Of a stretch of DNA of 64,000 nt, positions 1 through 13,656 are shown piece after piece. The DNA lies in the NCBI RefSeq assembly GCF_006345805.1, contig NC_042999.1, forward strand, positions 173,042,001 to 173,106,000, read 5' to 3'. Within the stretch, counting starts at the first letter, position 1. Each line of letters begins with the position of its first letter. Source of the DNA: Octopus sinensis (lineage: Eukaryota). Below the pieces are notes generated by a model. That model saw nothing but the letters and a program-made list of their open reading frames with translations. It did no database searches and was not told the origin of the DNA. A program made the position numbers and the translations under genes.

Positions 1-778
1 CCCCTTCCTGAAGAAAAAGAAACCAAAACCCCACGCAGAATGGACCTCACATTTATCGACCTCAAACCACAGACAACCTAGGGGACACAAATCCATCGAA
101 CTAATCTCACTTCTACTCCAAAATTACTTCCAAACAACAAATAGAAATTCCGTTCGTAATAGAAAATCCGGATGTAATCTTCAAGGCCCCCTACAAATCA
201 AAAGACCCATCCAAGCTACGAGACTAACCTAAACTTTCGGGAGCAACTACCTACCAATCTACCCCATCATCTCACAGACAATGGGAAAAATTACCTCCGA
301 GACTAATACTTCAAACATTCGACTACACACAACCTAACTAGACAACATAACTTCTCTCTCCCCCACATTACAAAATTTTAAATAAATCTAACCCAAAACC
401 CCAGTACAACCATAGCCTGTAGCTCAGCATATCGGAATGTTGCTACCTATGCAAGATGCTCCAAATGACTTGCTATTATCAATTCCGAATCTTGAGGGAT
501 GCAATTTACTTGTTTCTTTTTCAGCTCATTTCAATGCAATGCTAACTTGAGACTAAGCATATGCACAGATACGTAATGTGCATATATGCCTATTATAGAG
601 TAGTCACTTACTCCCTGGAATTCATCCGGTCGTTAAAATATCTTAATTTCATATTGCAAGCTCCTAGTTATGCAACTTTGGTGAGGTTGGTTTAATATTC
701 GATAACCCAACAAGGAAACAGGTTGTAATGGAAGACATGTTTAAAGCAGCACTCTCAAGCGTTTGTCATATTGATATA

Positions 779-1211
779 CAGGAGTGACTGTATGATAAGT
801 AGCTTGCTTACCAACCACATGGTTCTGGATTCAGTCCGATTGCGCGGCAACTTGGGCAAGTGTCTTCCTCTATAGCTTCGGGCCGACCAAATCTTTGTGA
901 GTGGATTTGGTAGACGGAAACTGAAAGAAGTCCATCGTATATATACATATATATATATATGTGTGTGTGTATGTGTGTATGTGCTTGTGTGTGAGTGTGT
1001 GTCTGTGTCTGTGTTCGTCCAACCAACATCGTTTGACAACTGATACTTGTGCGTTTACGTCCCCGTAATCTAGCGGTTCGGAAAAAGCGATCGATAGAAT
1101 AAGTACTAGGCTTACAAAGAAAAAAAGTCCTGGGGTTGATTTACTTAACTAAAGGTGGTGCTCCAGCATGGCAGTAATCAAATGAATGAAACAAATAAAA
1201 GAACAAAAGTA
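779..1211 (+). mobile_element. tRNA-derived CORE-type SINE (Octopus OR2-like), near full length
   Basis: tRNA-like head, CORE-like CTTGGGCAAGTGTCTT, central TA/TG tract and 3' arm ending GGTGCTCCAGCATGGC...AAACAAATAAAAGA. Several homologous copies lie elsewhere in the window. The family name is from recall. Confidence 0.85.
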
Positions 1212-1725
1212 TGCAAAACACACGCACACAAACACGAACTTTAATATAACAACAGAGAGAGAAAGATACTGACAGTCAGATGCATCCAAGTTATGACTTT
1301 TGTATACTAGCAGAAACGCAGCCCTCCAGCCGGATTTCTACTAGTTGCTAAGTAATATTTCCACATTTGATTCTAGTTATGTGTAATTTTTCTCGTTTTT
1401 TAGGTCTAATTTTTCCAAACTCCAAAACGTTGCTTTTCAAAAAACGAAAAAATATTCTTGCCATTCCATAGCAAAACCGTTGTACTACACAGGCAATTTT
1501 TGATATCTTGGCATCTGAAGCATTTCAAGATGCGATGGTTTTACCAAAAGTACTGGCTTTTGCGAGCAAAAATAAATATTGAAAAAAGCGCATTTAGCCA
1601 AATTTGGACATACCACAGTTGAAAATGATAACGATATAATGTTCATTTAATCTAGATGTGTAAAGGTCCTCAGTTTACTGCATATACACTGTAAAGGAAT
1701 AAACTATCCAAAACATATTGTGTTC

Positions 1726-1773
1726 GAGAGAGAGATAGAGAGAGAGGGGGGAGGAGACAGAGAGGGAGAGAAA

Positions 1774-1827
<54 letters not shown>
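1726..1827. repeat. (GA)n microsatellite
   Basis: Directly visible dinucleotide tract. Confidence 0.95.
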
Positions 1828-1830
<3 letters not shown>

Positions 1831-2090
1831 GACAAAGTGTGAACGCTACCTCGCAAGGTTGAAAAAACATTATTTTGCCGTGGATTAAAATTAATTTTCC
1901 TTAATCGAATTTTGTAATAAGTAAAGAAACTTAAAAACCACATTCTTATTTCGTATATAAATATATACATATGTATGATGAAAGTAAACAAAGTTTGCTT
2001 TAAAAGCGTTGAGATGTATTGGAAGATACAGAAATATTTTATTCTCACAAAAGTGTGAACAGGATAAATTATCCATACATTGGAGAAAAT

Positions 2091-2129
2091 TACGTTACCG
2101 GCCAGCCATTACGGCTGCCCGGTAACGTA
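2091..2129. other. GC-rich hairpin / inverted repeat
   Basis: TACGTTACCGG-C-CAGCC-ATTAC-GGCTG-C-CCGGTAACGTA: 11-bp and 5-bp perfect stems separated by one C/C mismatch. Confidence 0.9.
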
Positions 2130-2171
2130 TTCTTCTGCAATACATGGATAATACACACACACACACACTAA

Positions 2172-2493
2172 AGACTCCGCCGGTTACGACGACGAGGGTC
2201 CCAGCTGATACGATCAACGGAACAGCTTGCTCGTGAAATTAACGTGCAAATGGCTGAGCATTCCACAGACACGTGTACCCTTAACGTAGTTCTCGGGGAT
2301 AATCAGCGTGACACAGAGAGTGACAAGGCTGACCCTTTGAAATACAAGTACAACTCATTTTTGCCAGCTGAGTGGACTGGAGCAACGTGAAATAAAGTGT
2401 CTTGCTCAAGGACACAACGCGTCGCCGGGAATCGAACTCACAACCTTACGATCATGAGCCGAATGCCCTAACCACTAAGCCACGCGTCCTCAC
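2172..2493 (-). mobile_element. tRNA-derived SINE (second family)
   Basis: Minus strand has A box TGGCTTAGTGG and B box GAGTTCGATTCC, followed by GTGTCCTTGAGCAAGACACTT, a CORE/V-like domain. Confidence 0.85.
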
Positions 2494-2728
2494 ACACACA
2501 CACACACACACATACACACACGCACACACACACTCACACACATATATATATATTTCGTTTTGGGATTTGGTTTGCAAGATTCTTTATATGGGTTCGTGTG
2601 TTGAAGCATATACTGTTGTGTCTGAGGAGAGTCATGTGTGTATGTGTGTGTGTATACATATATATATTCGCTGAACACTAGCCTTTGAGGTTCATATAGA
2701 TTTTATACATATATATGTACACACACAA

Positions 2729-2775
<47 letters not shown>

Positions 2776-5039
2776 CAGAGAGAGAGAGAGAGGCAGATAT
2801 GGTGATAGAGAGAGTAAGAGAGAGTATGAGTGACAAAGAGTGATCTACATTTGATGTAGTTTTGTTTTAGAATTAATACTTACAGAGAGCTTATGTATGT
2901 GATATTGTCACATATGCGGATACATACGCAAATAAATGTGTCATGGTATACAGTTTCACTTACCACAAGCGCATATTGTACGAGGTTGAATAAAAAAAAA
3001 AGGACAAGGGCATCGGTGGAAGGAAATTGAAATTGTTAGATAGTGATGTATAATTTAGAAGATAGAAGAATATTATGACGGTTATGTAGATGGATATATG
3101 ATCGGATCGCTGTATGGAGAGTTGAATGGATTAAATATTTATTGAAAAGATGCATCCCGTTTTCTGTAATGCATTCGCGTTTTGAAAAGAAATCGTAAAT
3201 CTAGTTTATTGAAAGAGAAGAAATTGAAAAAGATATATAATAATTCTAATTTTGAGAGACCAATATAGGACATTTATTTAAATTTATGTGCATAACCAGA
3301 TTTAATTAGATTGAACAAAATATTTAAGCCTCTGCAAAAGAAGTAAAAATAAGTTTTCTCCCTATTCATGTTTTTTAATAATATATTGTTTGAGAATATG
3401 CAATTCTCATTTATTTCATGACCCGTTTGATATATATGGAAACATACGTTTTTTTTTTTATATTTTCTCTAGCACATTTATTGCTTTCCCTGAAATGTCA
3501 TTGAAATTTAGAAAAATATCACGCCTGATTTAAATTAAATCCTTGTTATATCACGTTTAAAAAAAAATTGTAAAATTTCATATGTTAGTTGAACATAATG
3601 ATTATTTCTATTGAAACACAGCGCACATAAAATTGGAAAGGGTGAAGATAGAGGTGAGTTAAGTAAATGAATTATAGCCATTCTGAATATGGCTGAAGGA
3701 TGACAAGACAGCATTGACTGTGATGGGAATTGAACAAGTGCCATAATGAGATAAATCCAAATATTCTACAATTAATCTATCGCTTTTCTGTTGTTCCCTA
3801 TTAAAACATGATAGCAAATTGCAGTTTAAATAATCTGAACATATCTAGAAACTTATTCCTAATATCTTTGAGAAGATAAAGGATAAATTAGTACAAGTTA
3901 TTAATAATACTAATGGCTTTCTCTTTAGTGGTAGTTTAGAATCGCTGTAGCTTTAGAATTCAGAAAGTAAATGACCTTTCATTTATATTTTAATGGAGCT
4001 TTTAAATCCATTCAATACATCTGCATACAGAAATCATTTAATAATGGCATTCTAAGATTTCATGTAAATTAAGATAATGGAGTTGATAGAATATCATTTT
4101 GAGTTAAAACGTCGTTACAACGGCTGCGGAGAAATTCAAATGAGAAACACAAACCGTGAAGACTAAATGATAAACAGGTTAAAGTTGTTTGTCCTATACC
4201 CTGCAGTTTCAATCTCTACGACATTAATTGATGATAATTTCTTTACAGGAAGTCCGAGTTCACATATTGGCACATAGGGAAAACTAAAGTCTGTCTTATT
4301 TATGTCTTTCTGAAGAGAAACAGTGGTGTACTGGAGGAGAATGCTTTCAAGGCATACATCCTCATGCAAATCTACTTATAATTTTATTTGTAAATCAAAC
4401 TAAAAATACATTTTCCAAAACAAAAATCAAAAGGCTACAAGTTTACACATACAAGCACTAGCTAAAGGTTCACGGCGTCTTATTAATTTAGTGAACCTGT
4501 AGAAACTTTGGAGAAATGAAATTCAAAGTCATTTTCTGTGAGTTTCGAAACAAAACTGTAGATTTGTAGACTATTTCTTGAAATATGGAACGAGAGGAAT
4601 TTCGGTAATATTTATTCATTTTACAATGCAAATGCTTTAAGTCTGAAGTTTAAAATTAATAGAAGATAAGCATTTCTTTTAAAGAAAATGACGGAAATGA
4701 CTGTAAAAAAATATCTAACAAAACTGACGTGAAATATCAATTTGAAGCGAATTTTCATAAGCTGAAGGAGCTAACGAAATTTAACCGATATACGACCAGC
4801 CAAATACAGACTGTCTGATGAAAAGCAATCAAATAATATAAAGTTAATAATGACCTTATTGTGTACAGAACTCAGCTGCCATACAGCACAGCAGAAGAAA
4901 GCAAATGTTGGGATTCATTTTAAGCAAGGGAATACAGGAACAATCTCAAATTCTACTTTAATTCTATAATACGCACGCATATACTATCATACCACACAGC
5001 ACTCCCTAAAATAGAAACACGCAACTCGCCATCCGCACC

Positions 5040-5370
5040 CCGCCCCCACACACACACTCATAAAAACACATATATACACATATGCACTCTACACACACAG
5101 TATCCCATTTACACACTCACCCACAATAGCCATTTCGCACTCTCTTACCTTCAAAAATCACTTTCTCTAAATCCAATTTCCAGTGAGTTATTTCTCGGCC
5201 ATATAACGACACATATGCTTTTCCCACCAGACTTTTTGCTTCTTCTCCTACTCTTCTTGTCTGAACTTTTTTCTCTCCTTCTGACGAAGATTCCTACTAG
5301 AAACGTCATTTCCACTCCTGGTTTTCCATCTAAAACTTTTACTGAGCGTCAATCGATTATGTGTATGTCT
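5040..5370 (+). mobile_element. probable Penelope-like pLTR remnant with decayed hammerhead motif
   Basis: CTGACGAAG...GAAACGTC at 5281-5307 in a pyrimidine-rich context. Stems I and II are largely lost. Confidence 0.4.
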
Positions 5371-5413
5371 AATTAACTTTTGTGATGTTTTCCTCTTCTT
5401 TCTTTAGTGTGTG

Positions 5414-5486
<73 letters not shown>

Positions 5487-6829
5487 ATTAAAGATATGCA
5501 CAGAAAACGTAACTGTCTTTTTAAGCTTAGCACATATTCACGTGTTTTAGTAAACCGACTAGCATCATTACGCTTAGCAATTAGCCAGAATACGTTATTC
5601 AATCGACTACCCTTCTACGCATTCTCACTGAAAGTACAAATCTTGCCCCTGTACATTCCAGCTCTGCAAATTACGTGCAGTAAGTACACGGACTAAATAA
5701 TAAAGAGAATCAGAAATAGCACACTTGTGTTAACAGAAGATAGATGGTCAATATAAGATAATGAGATAACTTCGCTCCCCCACCCCCACCCCCGTAAATA
5801 TTCCGCCAGACATACACATATTCACACACTCTCTGAACAGAACACGTATTAACACAGTATATTCGGGGTAGAGGAAATAAATACCATCAGAGCGATGTAC
5901 TATCAACGATGACAGTAACGACAGTAACAATAATAATAGCAACTATAGTACGAACAGTCAGTGGCATATATCATGAAGGAAACTAAGACAACAGGTCGGT
6001 CTCTATATTAGATTTATGCATTCAGATAAAGTGACGGATATATAGGCTGCTATATAAGTAGAGATAAATAATTTTGGTATTTGTTATATCATCACCATAC
6101 ATTTACTCTTTGAATAAATACACTGCCTGCTCACGGAAAAGCAAGTGGAAATTCTAAAGTTACATTGCCAGGGTGGGAATCCAGAGTTCACATGTCCATT
6201 AGTGAATCTACTAGAGGTAAAGTTTGTTGGGATGCCGCTCCGGTTGTTATGTTCTTGGGTGTCGGTTCCAGAGATGTTCCCGATATTTCGCCTAATATTA
6301 TGGCTGTTCTTACCGTTCTATGCCTCATTTGAGCAGACAATCAGATGTGCATAACTAAAGTTGCAATTTCCTTTTGTGGTGCTCCCAGAATAGTTCGTCT
6401 TACCATAGTTGGTGCCCACATCACATTTAGCAAGCTTTTTCGTACTGGCCAGGTTCGGTGTGGTGGATTAAGACACTATGATTATTTCCCTGTTCAAAAT
6501 ACTATGGGACATATACTGCATGATAACGGCTCTCTCGAGGATGTACGAAAAAATCGTTAAAACAATGGTTTTTCATGGTATGTGAAAATGGTGGGGTGAA
6601 ACATATTAATATCTATTAATGAAACGGCTTCTCAGGCGTCAACGTTATCGTCCCGTAATAACGCGGTTTGAGCTTAAGGATCAATCTCTCACATTGATTG
6701 GAAATTTGCCACCATCCCATCTATATCCCTATCTCGATATCTATCTTTCTCTCTCTTTCTATGTCCTTCTCTCTCTCTCTCGCTCTCTCTCTATCTATCT
6801 ATAGAGTTGAACGACTAGTTAACAAATAT

Positions 6830-6924
6830 CCTTTATTCTCGACATATGTTTCGAAGGCTGCATATTCCCAATTCCGAAGGAATAAGGAGTACATTATGCA
6901 GATTTCTCATCAGGAAAATCAAGG
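6830..6924 (-). ncRNA. type I hammerhead ribozyme, canonical core
   Basis: Minus strand: CCTTGATTTTC-CTGATGA-G...C-GAA-ACATATGT-C-GAGAATAAAGG. Stem I is 11 bp with one mismatch, stem II is long, stem III is palindromic, and the cleavage triplet is GUC. Confidence 0.88.
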
Positions 6925-7008
6925 AACTTATGTCGACATCAAAATGCACAAAAAACTTTTAGCTGACCGCTCTCAAGGAGCCCATGGCGATAATGAGTGT
7001 CTCTTTAT

Positions 7009-7233
7009 AAGCTGGCAGAACCGTTAGCACCCCGGGCGAAATGCGTAGCCGTATTTCGTCTACCGTTACGTTCCGAGTTCAAATTCCGCCGAGGTCGCAT
7101 TTGCCTTTCATCCTTTCGGGGTCGATAAATTAAGTACAAGTTACACACTGGGGTCGATATAATCGACTTGGATTCGTTTGTCTGTCCTTGTTTGTCCCCT
7201 CTATGTTTAGCCCCTTGTGAGTAGTAAAGAAAC
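7009..7233 (+). mobile_element. tRNA-derived SINE (third family; Deu/Nin-like central domain)
   Basis: GCTGGCAGAACCGTTAGC head, B box GAGTTCAAATTCC, and CCTTTCATCCTTTCGGGGTCGATAAA domain. Homologous copies at 13.7, 30.7 and 38.3 kb. Confidence 0.85.
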
Positions 7234-7399
7234 ATATATATATATATATATATACAGAGATAGAGAGAGAGAGAGAGTTTTTGAAATAATGTACATATAT
7301 TGTATATTGAGAATAACATGGTAGCTAATCATATAAGTTTTTATTTATATTTTTAGCGCTTTGTTCTCTTATCAGATTTATAAAAAGCGTGGTGTTATT

Positions 7400-8290
7400 G
7401 ATAAATCCAAAAAGTGGGCCAAATTAAAAGTTGAGTTTGAAATACAGCTCATCCAAGAAATTTTGCCCCAAATCTCGGAACTTACACACCTGAGTTCGGA
7501 CAAGAGTTGTGACAGTTGGCATGAAGGCCAGAATTTGCTCTTGTGGGAGCACAGAACGCCTTCTGGAGTTCTGCCCACCTGCAAAAACAACTAAAACCCG
7601 TTCACTTTTCACAATACATGAACAAAATCAATAACTCTTTCAGTTTTGTGTTCAAATGGGACAGATATGACCTCTCGTACCCTGCAATGTCATTCTACAA
7701 ATGAGCAATAACATCATCAAAATATTGAAGCTACAAATATCAGCGGCATCACTTCAAGCAAGAGCATATACTGCATATACTCACGCACCAAAAACAAAAA
7801 CAAAAACAGACTCCTAATGAATCCTCTACAAATAACGAAGTAAAAACGGTGGAACACAGAGTGACAAGTCGTTGCCAAAGAGGCCCCCAAAAATGCAAAA
7901 TCTATGACACCACCACACGAAACCACTAATGTAGACAAAACACCCAAAATTGTCATACACTTGTAAATTGCAGCGAAACTACACCAAGAACAACAAAAAA
8001 AAAAACATTACAAATGCTAAACATCCCACTGAACTTCCTACAGCAACAAGAAAATACACAAGCACAATAGCAGCAAGAAAACACGCACAGCAACAATGAC
8101 GTTGACAACAACAAGAAAACACCACAACAAAATGCATGAAAGAAACAACAAACACAATGAAGCGCAAAAGTAAAAACAGTTAATTTCACCGTGAAAAACA
8201 AAAACAAAATAGAGTTAAGGGGCTTCTCTGAAAAACAACACAAAGAAGAAAAACACAAGGAGATGGATTTCAAAAATTCAACCCCGAAAC
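7400..8290 (+). pseudogene. possible decayed ORF1 region of the downstream Tx1-like LINE
   Basis: A/C-rich coding-like strand bias immediately upstream of the endonuclease remnant. No motif confidently identified. Confidence 0.3.
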
Positions 8291-8529
8291 ATCTAAAGAG
8301 AAGGTGCTAATAAAAGCATCATGTTAAATTTATCACATTCTCTTGAACAACTTCTGAGAGAGCGTGGATATTCACAGAAAATCAGTAAATAAAACTTTAT
8401 TACAACGGACATACAAGGGAACCCAGTCAAAAGAATACACACCATCCATCATTCGAGATTGGAAGTAACGTAGGGGAGTAATCTCTCACTTTATTTGTTC
8501 CAATAAATATGGTGAAACTTTGAGTAGGT

Positions 8530-11110
8530 GGTATGAAATATATATGTGGTCTTGAGTCAGTTTGGAAGCGAGGTCACTTACTTAACTTGACTTGGATGTA
8601 GTAGCCATTACCGAAACCAGAGTTACTGGGATGCACAAATACCGTCCCATGCTTGGTTACTACAAAACATACTAATCTTGTTCTGAAGGGATGTGTCGGT
8701 AAATTAGCAGAGTTTTTCCATAAAGAATTAGGTTTAGAGGTTTAGACGATCTTCCTGGATCTGGCAGGTAAGTTTATGATACTAGATGTGAGTGACAATA
8801 AAGGTAGTACCTTCAGACTAGCGGCCCTCTATATGCCCACCGAAGTAGAAACGGCCAGATTTCTTTAGATATCCAGAATCCTTACAAAGAACATCCCGCC
8901 CTTTGGTACTTACTTGAAGGGAACTGGAATGATATTTTAGACAAACTATGAGATTGTATAGGATTAACTCATTGAAGGGGATGCAGAAGCTTCAAAAAAA
9001 AATGTTCGGACGGGCGTTTCCAACTGTCTGACAGTTACCGGCTTGATTTCCCGAATATGGTAGTTGGAGAATTGTGGCATCTACGATGGGTCTTCCAGAT
9101 CGTACTTTGTCGGTTACGGTAACTGACAAAGACAATGTCATGGAATCCACAATTCAGACTGCTCAGCTACACAGATCATAAATTTATGATCTTTAGTGTA
9201 GCCTTACATAGGACTCATAGACTTGTTACTAAATTTGAACGCGTATTATCCGAAACGAAAGGACTGCAGAGACCGGATTAACGAGCTACTAGAGATATAT
9301 TTCACAGGAGCAACAGTCAAAACAGATAGTAGGGAATCTGGAAGAGGGTAAGTAATTAAGAGACAATAGTATATATCAAAGAGCAAGGGATAAATAGAAA
9401 TAAGTTAAGGAAAGGGCTAGTTAATAAACTGGAAGACGTAAATAGAAGCAACTCCGCGACTAACGTGCCAGCGGTAGGAGTGGGTTCGAAAATGTTTTCA
9501 ATGCTAAACACGAAAGATGTTTTTTCAGGACTAGAACTTGTGCGCGAAAACAAGGAGGTTACATCATGGAAGGAATGGTTAACAAATCTAGCAGCAGTTG
9601 AGCTCTTACCAAGCGGGATCAGCGAAATTCCTTTGATAGCGTTGACCATCACAACTTTGAAGCAATCCTAAAAACAGCTGATTTCGAACACGTTTTCAGT
9701 GGCTGCATTGCAGCAATAGACACAGGCGCTTACTCGGTGGTAACAGTAAACGGACACCTTTCAGAAACGTTTTATATATAGTGCTCGACCCGTCAGGCGT
9801 GTCCTTTCTCCTCTTGTATATGTTCAGGCGCTCAAGATCTTGCTGCGGAAGATAAAACTCTTGAGGGGCATCTCTTTCATGCTGGGATGCCGGAGACCTG
9901 TGTCGGCGTATGCGGATGACATCGCAGTGACCTGAAGTTCAGGTTGTCGATTCTATTTTAAAGTAAAGGTGATGGCTGGAGCTAATATAAATCCTAACAA
10001 GACAGACGGTAGACTTGCGACTTGGCAACTAGAGAGGCCGCTGAACAGTATAATAGGTCGATGGGTAGAGAGACCGGTGAAATTATTCGATGTCTGGTTT
10101 GGTCCAAACCTCCAGGTAGACAAAAACTGGGTTGAGGTTCCAAGCAAGGTGGCAAGTCTCAATCAAAAACGGGCGGAGATGTAATTATCTATGAAAGGGC
10201 GATCAAAGAGGTGGCGATTACTCACCTCGTTTCCTTAACAACTTGCTCCAATTCACGTTTGGCTGGACTTGACCTTTTACTTTACTGCTTCCAGTGGAAA
10301 GCACGAGTTTCATTAGTCAGGCGGTCTATCTGTTAACAAGGCCAGCTGGGTGGCGGGTTTGTCATGCCATGGCTGCTAATGCGCAGACACGACAGCTCTC
10401 CCGGCTGGAGATAAATTCTACAGGCTCAAAAGAGCTGTCAGGCTAGACTGAGATGTGAGCAGAGCCGCAAGACAGTTCTGCACTCACTCATGTAGTGCCC
10501 GAGTATTACTGACTTGTGGATATACGTGAAAGAGTTGTTATAGCGCGAGGGACGACTCCAAATATCGACAGAATTGTTCATGATGAATGCCCCACCTCCC
10601 ACTTTTAACAGGTAGTGTTCTTCTGTCTAGTGTCTATGGCGAAAGATATCGTATGTTGGGCGAGGCTTAAAGGATTCGGAAAGACACCTCCTTTGTCAGT
10701 CAAACATTCACATTTTAAATTCTATTTGGAAAGGAAACAGAGGGAGGAAAAGAACTTGCTACCGCTCAGTGAATTTGTGAAATATGGGTGACTGTGGAAA
10801 ACATATTTAGACCGAATTCCCCTGCTTTAAGTAAGCGCATGTCGAGCGGAGGGCATGTGAGGTGGATCTTGCGTTCGGTGTGCAGGATAATTCCCGAATC
10901 TCTGAGCTTCCTTGATTGACCCTAACTGGAGTTTTGCCAGTATTAAGTGAACAGCATCATTCATATTATCACATATCTTGTATGCTATGTATACTTTTAT
11001 CGCATTTTTTATTCCCCCACTTCCTTTATGTAAATCCTCACACAAATTCTTGCCAGTCTTCGTGATGTCCCCGTCATCTATGTCCGTTTGGCTGATAAAA
11101 TAATATTATT
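8530..11110 (+). mobile_element. decayed L1/Tx1-clade LINE ORF2 (APE endonuclease + RT)
   Basis: LDVVAITET (8592-8618), FRLAALYMP, SFDSVDH (9629-9649), VNGHLSETF, YADD (9909-9920), GANINPNK and VWFGPNLQVDKNW. Many stops, frameshifts and deletions. Confidence 0.85.
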
Positions 11111-11351
11111 ACTAGTACTAGTAGTCGTAATAGGGGGAGGAGGTATGCGCAATGTCGCTATAATTATTAGTGACGTTCTTCTTGTAATAACAGTTATTTG
11201 GAAGGGACTCAATGATTCTACAAATGGATTTACTTGAAGAAATAACTGAAAAAAACATCACAAATGAAACTAAATACATCCCAATTTATATCGGCATTAG
11301 TAAAAATAAAATTAAATGCGAATAATAAAACAACGTAGGGTCTCTTAACTG

Positions 11352-11364
11352 AATATATATATAT

Positions 11365-11397
<33 letters not shown>

Positions 11398-11407
11398 TAA
11401 TATATAT

Positions 11408-11471
<64 letters not shown>

Positions 11472-11519
11472 ATATATATGTAGATAGATAGATACATGTA
11501 TATATACATATATATATAT

Positions 11520-11569
<50 letters not shown>

Positions 11570-11577
11570 TTATATAT

Positions 11578-11612
<35 letters not shown>

Positions 11613-11620
11613 GCATATAC

Positions 11621-11651
<31 letters not shown>

Positions 11652-12157
11652 ACATGTGTGGAAATGAGAGATATTCAATAGCGTAAGAGGAAAATAATAT
11701 TCTCGTATAAAATGAAAACGAAATTATTGAAAGCGATATGTTGCATCAAAACATCTAATAACACTTCACTAAATTTCGTGAATGCATCTTGGCACACAGT
11801 TACGTACACTATGTGTCTGTCATATAGTTGTGGAATTGTGTGGGTACAACTGCTCATATAGATATGCACATACATGTACAGATGTGCAGATATGTATGTA
11901 TATATGTATGAATGTATGTGAGTGTGTGTGTGAGTGTATGTATGTATGTACTGGCAGATGTTCTGTTTCACCGCCTAAGCGATATATGCCAATTTATAGA
12001 ACCCTTTTTTCGCCGCATACGTCATCCAGTACAGTATTGCCTGCTTGAATTATTTATAATCAAATATCGTAATATATATATATAATATATATATATATTA
12101 TATATATATTATATATATAATATATATATATATATTATAATATATATATATATATAT

Positions 12158-12188
<31 letters not shown>

Positions 12189-12375
12189 ATATATATATGT
12201 AGATAGATAGATACATGTATATATACATATATATATACATACATGCATACCGACACATACATACATACATACATACATGCATTTATATACACACACACAA
12301 ACACACATATATTTATATATATATATATATATGCATACATGTATGTATATACAGTTACACACACATACATATATG

Positions 12376-12406
<31 letters not shown>

Positions 12407-12409
12407 TAT

Positions 12410-12442
<33 letters not shown>

Positions 12443-12470
12443 GTATGCATGTATGTATGTATACATGTAT
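11352..12470. repeat. two interrupted (TA)n/(TACA)n tracts (11352-11655 and 12072-12470)
   Basis: Directly visible. Both tracts contain the motif GTAGATAGATAGATACATGTATATATACATATATATATA (11480 and 12199). Confidence 0.9.
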
Positions 12471-13518
12471 GTGAGCCTGTGTGTTTATATGCATCTGCAT
12501 ATCTACATACATGAGGATTATATTTTTTCACGTATTTTTTTCTAAAAGTACATTCTACTTTGTGTTGCAAATATAACGAAATGTTGCCTACTATACAGAA
12601 ATGGGTTGAAATAGAAGAATTACGAACATGAATAAAAACACCTGAAATTTCATGTAAAAGGGCGGAGGAAAACTTATTGATTTTTATCTCTTTATATTTT
12701 ATGAGCAAAATTCTGTTCTAGAAATGCAGACAAGTTATTTCATAAGTTGTAATTTCAAAATAGAAAATGGGAAATAACACATGTGCGTAGCGTATCTTAG
12801 AAACCATATCAATCCGATAAGCTAGACAAAAAAATTAAATGATATTGAATAATTTTAGGGGGTTAGTTGACGAATTAAATGTGAATTGTTGTGATTTTTT
12901 TGTAGGTGTACAGAATGGGGAAGAATATTCTTATAAATTATTCTGAAATGAATAAATGCTAACGATATATTGAAGTGAAAGGAAATATATTCTCTCAATG
13001 AGCATTTGAATTTGCAGACAAATTTAGGAACGCGAAATAAGTGAAGGTGAAGGTAACAAATAAATGTAACAACATATACATACACATATATACTCAGATA
13101 TAATGCATTCAGGAATATGAGAGTAATCAAAACTATGTATGAAAACAAATGCATTCACTCTCCAATACATATTACCACACATGCGCAGTTATGCATATGC
13201 ATATATGTATGCATACATCACATACATACGCACGCACAAACCTCAAACACACAAACACGCATACATACACACACACATACAAAACGGAGGAAATGTATCA
13301 AGAACTTTATTGAGAACAAAAGTGAGAAAATATTTGTATTTCTATGAAAATAGGCAACCGTCCCACCCTCTCTGTTTAAGACGATTTCGTAATGCAGAAA
13401 GTGAAAGGAAAATGGATTTTAGATTAATTTGTCTGATTTCGCTTCTGGAATTTTATTTTTTCTTACAAAATTCACATTTTGCTTTAGTTGGTTTCCCTCT
13501 GATATCCTGCTGGGTTTT

Positions 13519-13519
13519 C

Positions 13520-13594
<75 letters not shown>

Positions 13595-13623
13595 GCAGCA
13601 GCAGTATTAGTAGTAGTAGTAGT

Positions 13624-13656
<33 letters not shown>

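Noticed and set aside
1-420. A/C-rich coding-like stretch at the window start
   Set aside because: Short frames with stops and no recognisable motif. Probably a retroelement relic, but it cannot be classified.
2400-2493. tRNA-like sequences with A and B boxes (also at 7009, 22645, 35870, 38398)
   Set aside because: They continue into SINE bodies and lack a complete cloverleaf, so they are not tRNA genes.
3614-3754. Frame with three TGA codons at Trp-like positions (possible alternative genetic code or numt)
   Set aside because: Bounded by TAA/TGA within ~47 codons and no similarity to a mitochondrial or bacterial protein was recognised.
4163-4369. 68-aa minus-strand ORF of ordinary composition
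   Set aside because: No recognisable domain or convincing splice sites, and the length is within chance expectation.
11230-12708. Numerous YI/HT/CV-rich ORFs here and throughout the ORF track
   Set aside because: These are translations of (TA)n, (CA)n, (CATA)n and trinucleotide microsatellites, which lack stops in some frames.
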